Positions 35,549-47,900 of a stretch of 64,000 nucleotides of DNA are shown here, in pieces (position 1 is the stretch's first letter; each line of letters begins with the position of its first letter). The DNA lies in NCBI GenBank assembly GCA_030704615.1, contig CM060731.1, positions 28,334,001-28,398,000 on the forward strand. The letters run 5' to 3'. The stretch is from Takakia lepidozioides (lineage: Eukaryota > Plantae > Bryophyta). The notes beneath the pieces are model-generated. The model was not told the DNA's origin. It made no database searches and was given only the letters and a program-made list of their open reading frames with translations. The translations under genes were made by a program, and so were the position numbers.

Positions 35549-38179
35549 ATGGCGGGTTTGAACCAGACACAGTTGTTTGAATCAGGCACTTCCTCCATGA
35601 CAACTGCTTTTGAAAGGGGACCAAGAGAGGGAGTCACCATGAACTCTTTTGGCAGTCGCAGGGACGTGAGGAGTCTATGTAGGACAGGACAACTAAAGAG
35701 GGCGCTGTATATTTTGAAGCAAGGAGGCATTGCAGCAGACTCTAAAACATATGTATGTCTCTTACACGAGTGCATCAAGATGAAAGGCTTAACAGAAGGT
35801 AAGCAGGTGCACACCCACATTATTCAAAGTGGATTCAAGCCAAACACTTTCCTGCTCAATACCCTTATCAACATGTATGCCAAGTGCGGAAGTGTAATTG
35901 ATGCACGTCTAGTGTTTGACAACATGCCTGAAAGAGATGTGTTTACTTGGACTATGATGATGGGAGGATATGCCAAGCATCAGTACGGTAGGGAGACCTT
36001 GAAAATGTACAAGGAAATGATACAGGAAGGGGTGATGCCCAACAATGTCACATTTATTTGTGTTCTTAAGGCATGTGCCAGCCTGGCAGCCCTGGAAAAG
36101 GGAATGGATGTCCATGCTGACATCATTAAAGCTGGGATAGTGCCAGATATCATTCTGGAGAACACCCTTGTCGGCATGTATGCCAAGTGCGGGAGCATAA
36201 AGGATGCGCGTGCAGTTTTCAATAATATGGTTAAGCGAGATGTGGTCTCATGGAACGCTATGATCGCCGGGTATTTTCAACATGGCCTTCATAGGGAGGC
36301 CCTGCAACTATTTGAAAAAATGCAACAAGAAGGCATAAAGCCAGATGTCGTGTCATGGAACGCTATGATTGCAGGATATTCTCAGCATCGGCGTGGTAGG
36401 GAGGCTTTCAAGATCTACGAGCAAATGTTACGGGAAGGGGCAACACCTGACATGGTCACATTCATTTGCATTCTCAATGCATGTGCAAGCCTGGCAGCCC
36501 TGGAAAAGGGCAAAGAGGTCCATGCTGACATTATTAAAGCTGGCATTGGTTCAGATGTTATTCTGGATAATACCCTTGTTGACATGTATGCCAAATGTGG
36601 GAGTGTGAAGGATGCACGTCAAGTGTTTGATAATATGGCACAACGAAATGTCGTCTCATGGAACGCAATGATCACAGGATATTTGCAGCATGGGTGTGGT
36701 AGGGAGGCTTTGGAGGCCTATGAGAAAATGATACAGGAAGGGTTGATACCTGACAAGGTCACATTTATTTGTGTTCTAAATGCATGTGCCATGCTTGCAG
36801 CCCTGGAAAAGGGTGAAGAGGTCCATGCTGACATTGTGAAAGCTCAAATTACACCGGATGTCATTCTGGAGACTGCCCTGGTTGACATGTATGCCAAATG
36901 TAGGAAAGTGAAAGATGCTCGTCGAGTGTTTGACAATATGGTTCAACGAGATGTGGTCTCATGGAATGCAATGATCGCAGGATATTCTCAGCATGGGTGT
37001 GGTAGGGAGGCTTTGGAAACCTATGAGGAAATGACACGGGAGGGGGTGACACCAGACAAGGTCACATTCATCTGTGTCCTCAATGCTTGTGCGAGCTTGG
37101 CAGCCCTGGAGAAGGGCAAAGAGGTCCATTCTGACATCAAGGAAGCTCGACTTGCACCGGATACCATTCTGGAGACTGCCCTAGTCAATATGTATGGCAA
37201 ATGTGGAGGCATGAAGGATGCACATCAAGTGTTTGCCGAAATGGCTGAACGAGATGTGGTCTCATGGAATGCAATTATCGCAGGGTATGCTCAACATGGG
37301 TTTGGTATCGAAGCCCTGCAAGTATTTGAACAAATGCAACAGGAAGGCTTAAAGCCAGACAGTATCACCTTTATCTGTCTTCTCTCTGCTTGTAGCCATG
37401 TAGGCCTAGTGGATGAGGGCTCTCACTATTTCAATTCCATGAGCCAAAATCATGGCCTAACTCCTACCGTGGAACACTTTGGCTGCATGGTGGACCTTCT
37501 TGGCCGTGCAGGGCAGTTGGAAGAGGCAGAGGACTTCATCAACAAAATGCCAATCGAGCGAGGGGCTCCGGTGTGGGGGGCCTTGCTTGGTGCCTGCAGA
37601 CTTCATGGCAATGTGGTGATAGCAGAACATGCGGCAGAGTGCATTCTGAAGTGGGATCCACAGGATGGTCCAACTTATGTGATGCTATCAAACATCTATG
37701 CCGCGGCTGGCAGGTGGAATGATACAGCACGGGTGAGAAAAATAATGCAGAACAGAGGTGTTACAAAAGAGCCAGGGCGCAGCTGCATTGAGGTGGACAA
37801 CCAGGTGCATACATTCATTGGAAATGACAAATTGCACCCACAAATTGAGGAAATATATGCTAAGCTGAAGAGATTGTCAGGGCAGATGAAGGCAGCTGGA
37901 TATGTGCCTGACACTCGCTTTGTATTGCATGATATGGAGGACAAGGAAAAGGAGTTTTCTCTTTGCCACCATAGTGAGAAGCTGGCCATTGCTTTTGGGC
38001 TCATCAGCACACCCCAAGGGACACCTCTCCGCATCATCAAGAACCTTCGGGTGTGTGGTGACTGTCACACAGCCACCAAGGTCATCTCGAAGATTGTAGG
38101 GCGGGCAATTGTCGTACGGGATGCCAACCGGTTTCATCACTTCCAAGATGGGGCTTGTTCTTGTGGGGACTACTGGTGA
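35549..38179 (+). CDS. PLS-class PPR protein with E1-E2-DYW deaminase domain (organellar C-to-U editing factor); true N-terminus may be on an upstream exon
   Basis: 18 P/L/S motifs, E1/E2, PG box KEPGRSCIEV, HSEKLA, CGDCH and terminal DYW; uninterrupted ORF. Confidence 0.96.
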   Translation: MAGLNQTQLFESGTSSMTTAFERGPREGVTMNSFGSRRDVRSLCRTGQLKRALYILKQGGIAADSKTYVCLLHECIKMKGLTEGKQVHTHIIQSGFKPNTFLLNTLINMYAKCGSVIDARLVFDNMPERDVFTWTMMMGGYAKHQYGRETLKMYKEMIQEGVMPNNVTFICVLKACASLAALEKGMDVHADIIKAGIVPDIILENTLVGMYAKCGSIKDARAVFNNMVKRDVVSWNAMIAGYFQHGLHREALQLFEKMQQEGIKPDVVSWNAMIAGYSQHRRGREAFKIYEQMLREGATPDMVTFICILNACASLAALEKGKEVHADIIKAGIGSDVILDNTLVDMYAKCGSVKDARQVFDNMAQRNVVSWNAMITGYLQHGCGREALEAYEKMIQEGLIPDKVTFICVLNACAMLAALEKGEEVHADIVKAQITPDVILETALVDMYAKCRKVKDARRVFDNMVQRDVVSWNAMIAGYSQHGCGREALETYEEMTREGVTPDKVTFICVLNACASLAALEKGKEVHSDIKEARLAPDTILETALVNMYGKCGGMKDAHQVFAEMAERDVVSWNAIIAGYAQHGFGIEALQVFEQMQQEGLKPDSITFICLLSACSHVGLVDEGSHYFNSMSQNHGLTPTVEHFGCMVDLLGRAGQLEEAEDFINKMPIERGAPVWGALLGACRLHGNVVIAEHAAECILKWDPQDGPTYVMLSNIYAAAGRWNDTARVRKIMQNRGVTKEPGRSCIEVDNQVHTFIGNDKLHPQIEEIYAKLKRLSGQMKAAGYVPDTRFVLHDMEDKEKEFSLCHHSEKLAIAFGLISTPQGTPLRIIKNLRVCGDCHTATKVISKIVGRAIVVRDANRFHHFQDGACSCGDYW

Positions 38180-39574
38180 GACAAAATTCTTCCATGCCAA
38201 GGAAGTATCTGGCCCTTCCCATGGGTCGTCCATAGTAGCATCACCACCAAATTTCTAATAGAGTCCTTCACTCACTTTGTTTTCTAATTATTTTGTTACG
38301 TTGTTACTGGGTGAACAGCAACATACAACTTTCCCATTGTATTCTACTACGAACCAGTGGTCTTTAGACTATGAACCATTATTTAACTCCACCTGTCAGA
38401 GGTACTTTCCTTGTCAGAGTGGGCTTTAGAGTACAGAGGGTCCTAGACCCAAATAGATGTAAGCCAATGAATGGGGTTTCCCAAGCCTCTTTAGACTGCA
38501 AGATGTGGGGCACCTGGCCATGTATTTTTCCCAAAATTTTAAAGGAGTGGGCACTCCAAATTTGGAAGTTACCTCAACCTTGGGGTGAGTACCCAAATAT
38601 ACAAGCCAGGTAGTTGGGATGCCTTGGACAATATTTTGGGGCTGAAGAGAAGAAGTGGCTATGAAAGGACTCCTGCCCCTCATGTATGACTGTTGGTTAT
38701 GGGATGTTACATGCACTTCTTGTCCCAAGCCTCTGTCTTCCTCTACTCTCCTGCACACTTTGCCTTTATACTCCCTCTAAAAAGGGGTACCACTGCTGGC
38801 TGGGGGCAACCCAAATGACATACCCCAAATGGCACTATTTAGGATTTGGGAGTACTCAGTCTGTGCTGGTAGGGCTAAAGCCAGCCTAAAATGTCAATAC
38901 TTTTGTAAACTTGAGGTTTACATAAATAGCGTAGGATCATTAGACACGTCGGGTTAGTACTATGATTGAGAAAAAAGCATACACTTGACTACAATTTAGT
39001 GTGCAGAATTTTTACATCCACCCATCCATGCCATGAATTGTCGCTGGGGGGGCGCAGACAACAATTGCCCTAAGCTGTGATGGAGAAGACAGGTGCTTAT
39101 CAACATCCATTGGGTCGCATATGGTGGTCGCATGAGTGTCTATTATTCTTACAATCTACGAAGAACAAGAACCGTCGCACCTACTAGCTCATTTGCATCA
39201 AATCTTAAGAATGGTGTACAGTCATTGTGTTGTGACTAACTACATTAGCGGTGAAGAAGCTAATAAGAAGCTAATAAGGCTTCAGGCGAACCATGCCCTG
39301 TAATACCAATTCATTTGTGTCAAATGCACATGTGGATTGGTTATGATTACAATTAGTGGTGAAGAAGCCCTAGCCCAATGAGTGCCTTATAGCCACTGAA
39401 GGCTCGTTCAACTTTCAAAAAACTTCTCATATAATCGGTGGTGGATCATAGGCAATTCAAAAGCCTACAAAGGCAAAGCAAACATGCAAAAGCGTAAAAT
39501 TTCAGTCCTCCATGGATTGCTGCACTGCAATACCATGCTTATAGTACAATCTACCAGCACTAAAGCACTCTGAG

Positions 39575-40141
39575 TTACTTTCCAAAAATAGACTTCAGCC
39601 ACCATAGCCCTGCACGATCATCTGAGCTTGCGTCAACTTCAGAACCAACACCTTCCACATGGGTTGTTTTGTGCAGCAAGCTCACATCATAACCTTGCTG
39701 CTTGGCCTGTTCTAGCAGCTTCTCATATATCTCCTCACTGAGCTGAGGCGTGCGGCTCAGAACCCAAAGAAATTTCCTCGCGGGCTGTCCAACGAGCGCC
39801 CACTGATAGTCTTGCTCGTCCAATGCCAACACCCAATAATCTCCAGTAACGGGAAAGAGAGGCAAGAATGGAGGCACATAAAAGCGAACCTTGAGCTTGG
39901 CCTCTTCGCTCGACGGGTCCACTTTCCACGCCGACCCACGAATGTAACCCCTCTTTCCAGCTAACCAGGTCTCATTCAAAACTGAGATGGTCTGGTCTGC
40001 TTTCAAAGTGTAAGTAGCACGGGAATTAGTTCCATCCTTCGGCTGAAACCTTGACTTAATGGATGCAATCTCATACCATCGACCCTGATACCTTTCCAAA
40101 TCCACACCCTTTACGACCTCTATCTCCTTCGCTTCAGCCAT
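39575..40141 (-). CDS. TIL: Temperature-induced lipocalin (188 aa, CDS intronless)
   Basis: VVKGVDLERYQGRWYEIA, KLKVRFYVPPFLP, TGDYWVL, LWVLSR and C-terminal WWLKSIFGK; first ATG at 40141. Confidence 0.95.
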   Translation of the reverse strand: MAEAKEIEVVKGVDLERYQGRWYEIASIKSRFQPKDGTNSRATYTLKADQTISVLNETWLAGKRGYIRGSAWKVDPSSEEAKLKVRFYVPPFLPLFPVTGDYWVLALDEQDYQWALVGQPARKFLWVLSRTPQLSEEIYEKLLEQAKQQGYDVSLLHKTTHVEGVGSEVDASSDDRAGLWWLKSIFGK

Positions 40142-40749
40142 AGCTGAGACCAACTTTGCTGCAGAGCAAAAAGTTGTTTAAACAAGGAAGCTCCTAGAGT
40201 CTCCCAAATCTCTCTCTCTGGCTCTCTCTTTCAGCTTGCTACAACAAGCAGTAACGCTCGGCTATCTCTGTCCTGCTTATCCCCTCGGCAAATACGACTG
40301 AATCATACAGTAGAATGTCGTTGGTACTTGTCAGAACTGTGCAGCCAACATTTACACAGGCTTCGTCTTTCTCAACTCTCGTCAGCAGGGTGACGATGCT
40401 TCGCAGTGGTGGGGATTTGGCGTGGGCGGCAAGCCCGCATACTGCTCTGTCGGTGGGTTTACACGCCCTGCGGATTCTGCAACCACATTCACAGGTGTCC
40501 CATACCCCAGCGCTTTCTATGTGGGCCCAACACGGCACCAGCCTCAACACCGTTGGAGCTTGCATTTGGGTGGGCCTGTGTTGCTGCTGCTAAATTCTCA
40601 CAATCATCCTTCAACAAATCCCTCAGCTACACTTTTCTGATGGGGCCCACTCCTGAAGCTTTAATGACAAGGGATTTGTCTGGAGTATGATGCGAAAAAC
40701 AAAAAAAAAACAAAAGCTACGACCTACAAAAAAGTATCTTAGATCTCTC

Positions 40750-41379
40750 ATTTACGTTTTGGGCCTGAAAAGGGCTTGTTGACCGCTGACGTGGCAAGTA
40801 AACAAGCCCAAAACAGTGCACTCCAAAGGCCATTTTTGACAGAAAATTAGCAATTTTGGAAAAAGCGCTTCACCTTGTGGTGTGTGAGCATTACATACAC
40901 ACATCCACCATTGGCTTTTAAAACTTTTGTAGAAAAAAAAGTACTTCATTTGTAGGCACATTTTCTCTTGTCAATTTTGAGATTTCAACCCCCATGTAAG
41001 TGCATGCATAGCAACCATAGGTGAACAAATCAGTTGGACCTGCAATTTAGTGGGGTCATAGCCACTCCACTATTGATTTGGAAATGGTGGGTCTTGGGGC
41101 AAGCAAAATTGGATAAAGCTACGTTTTGATTTGGTCAAACCAATTTCTTTCCCACTTTTTCTTTGGGACCTGATATTTGAGGTCCGGGCCAACGCTATAA
41201 TCTCACAATTTCCACTGTGGACTTGGCTCATTTTTTGGTATGTCATGCATAAATGAGCTGGACCCATTGCTATAAGGCTGGAATCTCCAGATGATTTTTG
41301 GTAGGTTTCTAGGGGCAATTTACTGCAGCTGGGTACCCAAAATTGGTAAAAGTCAAAAAAGGGCTTGGGAACTTGAGGG
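40750..41379. mobile_element. Partial piggyBac-like element (right terminus only)
   Basis: Ends ...GGGAACTTGAGGG|TTAA. The reverse complement CCCTCAAGTTCCCAAGCC..TTTGACTTTT resembles the 48165 terminus. Left end not found; the start is approximate. Confidence 0.5.
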
Positions 41380-41754
41380 TTAAGGGCCCCAGGTTTGGAG
41401 TTGGTGTGAAGATTAGAGGATGGTCCAGGAATTAAAAAGCGGGGGTTATAGTATGCTACACCAGGAGTTCAATTAATAACTGCCATGTAAGGGGGTTTTT
41501 AAAAAAAAGATAGAAGGATGCCAGACCTTTTTTTGTTTTTTTTTGTTTTTTTAGACCACTTCTAGACTCAAGTGCAAGAACGAGTTGCACATAGCAATAT
41601 AAATATTTAATAGTTTATCTTCATATTTTAATTATTTGTTTAGTTATTTTTAGTATTCATCTTTTTAGTCATAACCTAAACTTATTAGAATCATTAAAAG
41701 TTATATTATTGTACGAATTAAATCAACACATATTTATAATTAAAAATAATTCCT

Positions 41755-42300
41755 GCAACGGCGTCCACAATCGCCAACAGGTCCGAATCCCTCCAATGGC
41801 AGTTTAGCCACTAGTTCTCCAAAGCATGGTCTTATCCCTGCTTGAGATCTGCATTGTCTCTCTAGCACCTAGGAGTATCCGTTAGGCCACTTTAGTCCTA
41901 GCTTTGGTGCCACGGTTTCATAGTGTCTTGTTTCAAAAGGGCTCGTTCTCCTTAGGGCTCCAGCCCTATTCCCCTCCCAAGGCTCAGTATAGTCTACACT
42001 CGACTTGGGTTGGCTTATTTTCTTTTGTCTCTCCATCAAACAGTTGCAAGTCCTCTTCGTAAGAGCTGATAACTCTATATTTTAGGCTAAAACGCCTCTG
42101 AAATTCTGTGGTCGGAGACAGGCCCAGGTAAATGGCTCTCAGTTACTGTTCTTAGTTATCCGGCACAGTCTCCGTGCGATCAGCCTCATGGCAGCCTTGT
42201 GGCACTCTAAGGGTTTTAATTTTTTTTTCCCTTCAAATAATTCCAATAAAGCTTCCAGGGCCAGACCCCTGTTTATCAATAATAATAATAAATAAATAAA
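41755..42300 (+). mobile_element. Possible retroposed (LINE 3' end) fragment
   Basis: GC-richer block in an AT-rich context, ending with AATAAA and an (AAT)n/A-rich tail; no diagnostic protein motif. Confidence 0.35.
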
Positions 42301-42869
42301 ATATTATTCAAAATTTAACTTTTATACAACCAGTCACTTATAACTACACCATGCTCTTAAACAAGTATGTTATATATATATATATATATATATTCAAAGA
42401 TCTATCACACAACATTGAGTCTCACTTTCATTTTCTAAACATATAAAGATTGGACATGTAACAATCTGATTCTAAGTATTTCAATCTATTTTTTCTTTCT
42501 ACTGTAATTAATTAAGAGAGTCTGACTATAGGCAACATTGTCAAAAACTGCGGAAGATGTACAGATATGTTTGAAGAGGCTAAGGGAGATCATGAGAGAC
42601 TTGAATACTCTAAGAGAAAAGAATATTTCCTAAGGAAAATAGAAAAAATATAAACTAATATAATAAACGTATCAACTTTGGTCATTATATTTATGAATCA
42701 CATATACTACTTATTGGTATGTACCGACAAAATTGGTAGGTTGTCATCATTTATTATAATTAAAAAAACTTTATTTTCGATAAACGTTCATACATCCATT
42801 TGTAATGCACTGACATCTTTTTTTGAAATAAACCTTTATGTTAGTATCTATGTTAAAAATTGAAAAATA

Positions 42870-44442
42870 GTAAGATATTATTTATAATTGCCCTTACGAC
42901 TCCTTAGGATTGCCCTAAGGAGTCCTAAGGTGAGGAGAAAATGGAAATATGTAAATTATTATTTATTATTGCCCTTAGGACTGCTTAGGGCGACCCTAAG
43001 CAGTCCTAAAGGGGGGGGGATGAAAACATATATATTATTATTTATAATTACCCTTGTGACTTCTTAGGACAGTCTTAAGGAGTCCTAAGAGGAAACAAAT
43101 GGAAAGACATAAATATTTGCCCTTAAGACCCGTTTAGGCAGCCTAAGGGGTTATAAGAGGGGAGAATGGAAACATATAAATTATTATCTATAATTGCCCT
43201 TAGGACTCCTTAGGGCGGCCCTGAGGAGTCCTAAGAGGGGAAAAATAGAAATATATAAATTATAGGAAAATAAAAACATATATATTATTATCTCAGCTCT
43301 CACACAAGAGGGTTAATGGCAGAGATCCTTCATCCTAAGGAGTCCTAAGAGAAGAAAAATGGAAAGACATAAATAATTGCCCTTAAGAGCCGTTTAGGTA
43401 ACCTAAGGAGTTATAAGACGGAAAAAATGGAACATATAATTATTATCTATAACTGCCCTTAGGATTGCCCTAAGGAGTCCTAAGAGGGGAAAATAGAAAT
43501 ATATAGTCCTAAGGGCAAATATAGATAATAATTTATATGTTTCTATTTCCCCCCTCTTGTAACCTCTTAGGTTGCTTAAACGGGTCTTAAGGGCAATTAT
43601 TTATGTCTTTCCATTTTGTAATTATAAATAATAATTTATACGTTTCTATTTTCCCCGTCTTATAACCCCTTAGGCTGCCTAAACGGGTCTTAAGGGCAAT
43701 TATTTATGTCTTTCCATTTTTCTTCTCTTAGGACTCCTTAGGACTGTCCTAAGAAGCCCTAATGATGATTATAAATAATAATTTATATGTTTTCATTTTT
43801 CCCTCTCTTAGGACTCCTTAGGGCCGCCCTAAGGAGTCCTAAGGGCAATAATAGTCATAAGAAGGGGAAAATTAAAAGATGTAAATTATTATTTATAATT
43901 GCCCTTATGACTCCTTAGGACGGCCCTAAGGAGTCCTAAGAGAGGGAAAATGAAAATATACAAATTATTATTTATAATTGCCCTTAGGACTCTTTTGGGC
44001 CGCCCTAAAGAGTCCTAAGAAGGGGAAAAATAAAAACATATAAATTATTATCTTTGCCCTTAGGGCCGCCCTAAAGAGTCTTAAGAAGGGGAAAAATAAA
44101 ACATATAAATTATTATCTATAATTGCCCTTAGGACTCCTTAGGGCTCCTAATGAGTCCTAAGAAGGGGAAAATTGAAAGATGAAAATTATTATCTATAAT
44201 TGCCCTTAGGACTCCTTAGGGCGCCCTAAAGAGTCCTAAGAGTGGGAAAATAGAATGATATAAATTATAATAGCCTCATAAGAGGGGAAAAATGGAAAGA
44301 TGTATTTTGTTATTTATATTTGTCATTAGGACTCCTTAGGGCGGCCCTAAGGAGTCCTAAGAGGGGAAAATAAAAAGATGCAAATTGTTATTTTTTATTG
44401 CTCTTAGGACTCCTTAGGGCAACCCTAAGGAGTCCTAAGGGG

Positions 44443-44445
<3 letters not shown>
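42870..44445. repeat. Tandem array of ~79-bp units (about 20), each with a 37-bp palindrome; block 43506-43853 inverted
   Basis: Unit TTATTATCTATAATTGCC-CTTAGGACTCCTTAGGGC-G-GCCCTAAGGAGTCCTAAG-AGGGGAAAA. Confidence 0.92.
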
Positions 44446-44478
<33 letters not shown>

Positions 44479-44699
44479 ACTTTAAGAATCACATGTACTA
44501 TTTATTTGTAGGTGACAATATTTATTACAATTAAAACAAGATTTTGTCTTCGATAAACGATCATACAGCTATTTGTAATGCACCGACATCCATTTTTAAA
44601 TTAACCTTCATAAGTTAGTACCTATTCAAAAAGTGTGTGGGATAAGGTTAATAGATAGCAACTTTTCATTATGTTTTCATCCAATTATTTTATTTTTCA

Positions 44700-45910
44700 T
44701 TCTTTCTTTTTAGACTGTACCTCATTTTTCCCCCTATAAGTATAGAAAACGATGATCATTTTCTTCTCTTTCTTCCGCAAGTTGTTTGCAGACAATAGAT
44801 CTCTCAATTTTTCTCTTTTACCTTCGTTTTTGTGTTTCTTCTTTGTTTCTGTTGCTTGTTTATGTTTCTCTATCCTTTTGGTTCTTTGACAATGTTTTTT
44901 AGTTCTTTTTAGTAGTTTCATTTGTCTTTGTTCTTAACTTTTGGTTCTCTGTTTATGTTTCTTTCTAATCTCTATTCTTTGTCTTTCTGTGTGAGTTTTC
45001 GATAGAATAGAACTTTCTCTTCATTTTTCTCTTTCATTTTGTTGTCCTTTGAAAACTCTATAAATATGCAGAACGAGGATCATTTCTTTCACTTTCTTCT
45101 GCAAACAAGCTTTTTGTATAGAATAGAATTGTCTCTGAGTTTTGCTCCTTTGCCATCGTTTGTGTTTCTTCCTTGCTTCTGTTGTTTGTTTATGTTTCTT
45201 TGTTCTTTCGGTTCTGTGGCAAAATAGAACCGTCTCTTAGTTCTTCTTAGTAGCCTTCATTTATTTTTTTCTTTCACTTTTTGTTCTTTGTTTATGTTTC
45301 TTCCTTGTCTCTGTTCTTTGTATTTATATGTGAGTTGTTCAGCGGAATAGAACTGTTTATTCATTCTTTTTGTTTCGTTTTGTTTTCTTTCCTCCTTGTT
45401 TATGTTTCTTCTTTGCTTTTGTTGTTTGTTTATGTTGCTTTGTTCTTTTGGTTCTGTGGCTAAATGAACTGTCTCCTAGTTGTAGTTCTGAGTAGCTTTC
45501 ATTTGTTTTTTTCCTTTACTTTCTGTTCTTTGTTTATGTTTCTTTCTGATCTCTATTTTTTGTATTTCTGTGTGAATTGTACAGCAAAATAGATATTTTG
45601 ATTGTTTCTTTTTCTTCGTTCTTTCTCTTTTTCGTTTTGTTTCTTTCCTCTTCGTTTGTCTTTCTTCTTTGCTTCTGTTGTTTGTTTATGTTTCTTTGTT
45701 CTTTCGGTTCTGTAGCAAAATAGAAATGTCTCCTAGTTCTTGTGAGTAGCCCTCATTTATTTTTTCTTTCACTTTCTATCTTTGTTTATGTTTTCTTTTT
45801 TATCTCTGTTCTTTGTATTTTTGTGTGAGTTGCTCAGCGAAATAGAAGTTTCTCTTCTTTCGTTCTCTTCATTTTTTCTCTTCGTTCTTTCTTTTTCATT
45901 TTTTTTTTTT
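44700..45910. repeat. T-rich diverged tandem repeat (about 4 units of 240-350 bp)
   Basis: Recurring TGTTTATGTTTCTTTGTTCTTTCGGTTCTGT..AAATAGAA..TCTC.TAGTTCT..AGTAGC.TCATTT. Confidence 0.8.
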
Positions 45911-47079
45911 TTTCTCCTAACATATTTGACACACTACCAAAAACACTATCTTATATTTCCAAGAAATCATCAAAATTCATTACATTGTGATTATGCCACT
46001 TGAATGTTACATCATAATCTATAGTGTATATGATATTCAAGCATGATATCAATATAGTATATACAACTTAGAGATTATACATATTTAATTATAATCAGAA
46101 TTATATATATAGTAAAAATAAGTATATGAAAAATGAATATTTATATTATATGAAATAAAAATGTAATAATAATTAAATGTATTTTAAAATCTAGCTATAA
46201 TCTAATGACGTCGTTACATAAATCAACTATCATTCTATCCATCAACCAGTCAATTATCATTCCATGTATTATCATAAATCAATCATTATCAGTTACAATC
46301 ATGTGTTATTTTTACTTACTACATAATTATTTATTCATATCACTTTATCTTATCATTACATTTTCATATTTCAAATTTAAAATCTTAAAAATTTACATTA
46401 TTTTTATAAATGAACATACTAAAATATTTATTTAAAAGAATCAATGTTTTTATTTATTTAAACATAATGATGTATATTATGTATTATAAAAATAAATATA
46501 TTATCAATTTATATCATGCTTTCAATGTCAGATTCATCATTCCAATTTAAATCTAATAAATCAATTTATCTATCATATTACATCTCAAAAACTTCAAATA
46601 TACTATTTATATTAACGAATTTTATTTTATTTTATTTTATGTATAATAAATTAAATATTTATTATATAATATGTAATAAATATTCTAAATATAAATAAAT
46701 ATATAATGTATAATGTATACTACTGTATTATATCATGTTTTCAACCTCAGACTTCATCATTTCAATAAATTCAAAATCCATTCAATCAAATTATTTATCA
46801 TATTATATTTCAAAATCTCCAATTTTTTTTTTTCCCTTTATGGTTAATCTTTAAGGCCTTTGGGCCATAATTTTGTATGCTATAATGGATAGCTATAAGG
46901 GTTTGAATCCCTATACAATTTTTATTTTTTTGTGAAAACCAGGGCTGAAACCAGTCCATTCTGATATAGGAGTTCATATTCGTATATTGTATAATGTGTA
47001 TATATCCATATGTATACATCAAATATGACATGTATAATATTGATCGTAATCTGATATACCAATTCAATCAGCAATAAAA

Positions 47080-47900
47080 AATCGTTAGAGTGATTCTAAG
47101 AAACTCTTAGAGTGAATGTGTTGTTTTTTTAATCACTCTAAAAAATCCTTAGAGCGGCTCAGAGCGGCTCTAAGCAAAAAGCAATATAGTTTATTCCGTT
47201 TTCTTGCTCTAAGTAATGCTTGGATCAAATGTGAATAGCCATTTAGATTTTTTTTGTTTTCCCGCTCTAATAAATCCTTAGAGCGGCTCTGAAGGATCCT
47301 TAGAGCAAATACAAATAGCAAGTTAGCTTTATCTGTTTCCCCGCTGTAGAAAATCCTAGAGCGGCTTAGAGCGGCTCTAAGGGATCCTTAGTGCGAATGT
47401 AAATAGCAATTTTTTTTTTAATTATTTTCTTATTCTAAGTATTACTTAGATCGAATGTAAATAGCAAATTAGTTTTTTCTGTTTTTCCACTCTAAAAAAC
47501 CCCTAGAGCGGCTCTAAAGGATTCTTAGAGCGAATATAAATAGCAATTTAGCTATTTATGTTTTCCCGCTGTATGAAATCCTTAGAGTGGCTTAGAGCGG
47601 CTCTAAGGGATCCTTAGAACGAACGTTAATAGCAATTTAGCTTGTTCTATTTTCCCAATCTAACAAATCCTTACATTGGCTTTAAGGATATTAAGGGATT
47701 GTTAGAATAAATGTAAAAAATATGTTAAGGTTTATCTTCTTCGTCATAGTTGACCGATTTGTTTTCCCGCGCTATGAAATCCTTAGAGCGGCTTAGAATG
47801 CTATAAGGGGTCCTTACAACGAACGTAAATAGCAATTTAGTTTTTTTTATTTTTTCCAATTTAAGAGACCCTTACATTGGCTCTAAGGGATCATTAGAAT
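47080..47900. repeat. Second tandem array (~80-bp units) with palindrome CTTAGAGC-G-GCTCTAAG
   Basis: Recurring AAATCCTTAGAGCGGCTCTAAGGGATCCTTAGAGCGAATGTAAATAGCAATTTAG..TTTCCCGCT. Confidence 0.9.

Noticed and set aside
35161-35820. 219-aa minus-strand ORF overlapping the PPR start, and other antisense ORFs over pol, LINE and PK
   Set aside because: Shadow frames with no recognisable motifs.
44697-47321. Phe/Ile/Lys-rich short ORFs
   Set aside because: Low-complexity AT-rich repeat sequence.
42870-47900. CRISPR-like appearance of the regularly spaced palindromes (also 14095-14580)
   Set aside because: The spacers are homologous to each other, there are no cas genes, and the context is spliced plant nuclear DNA.
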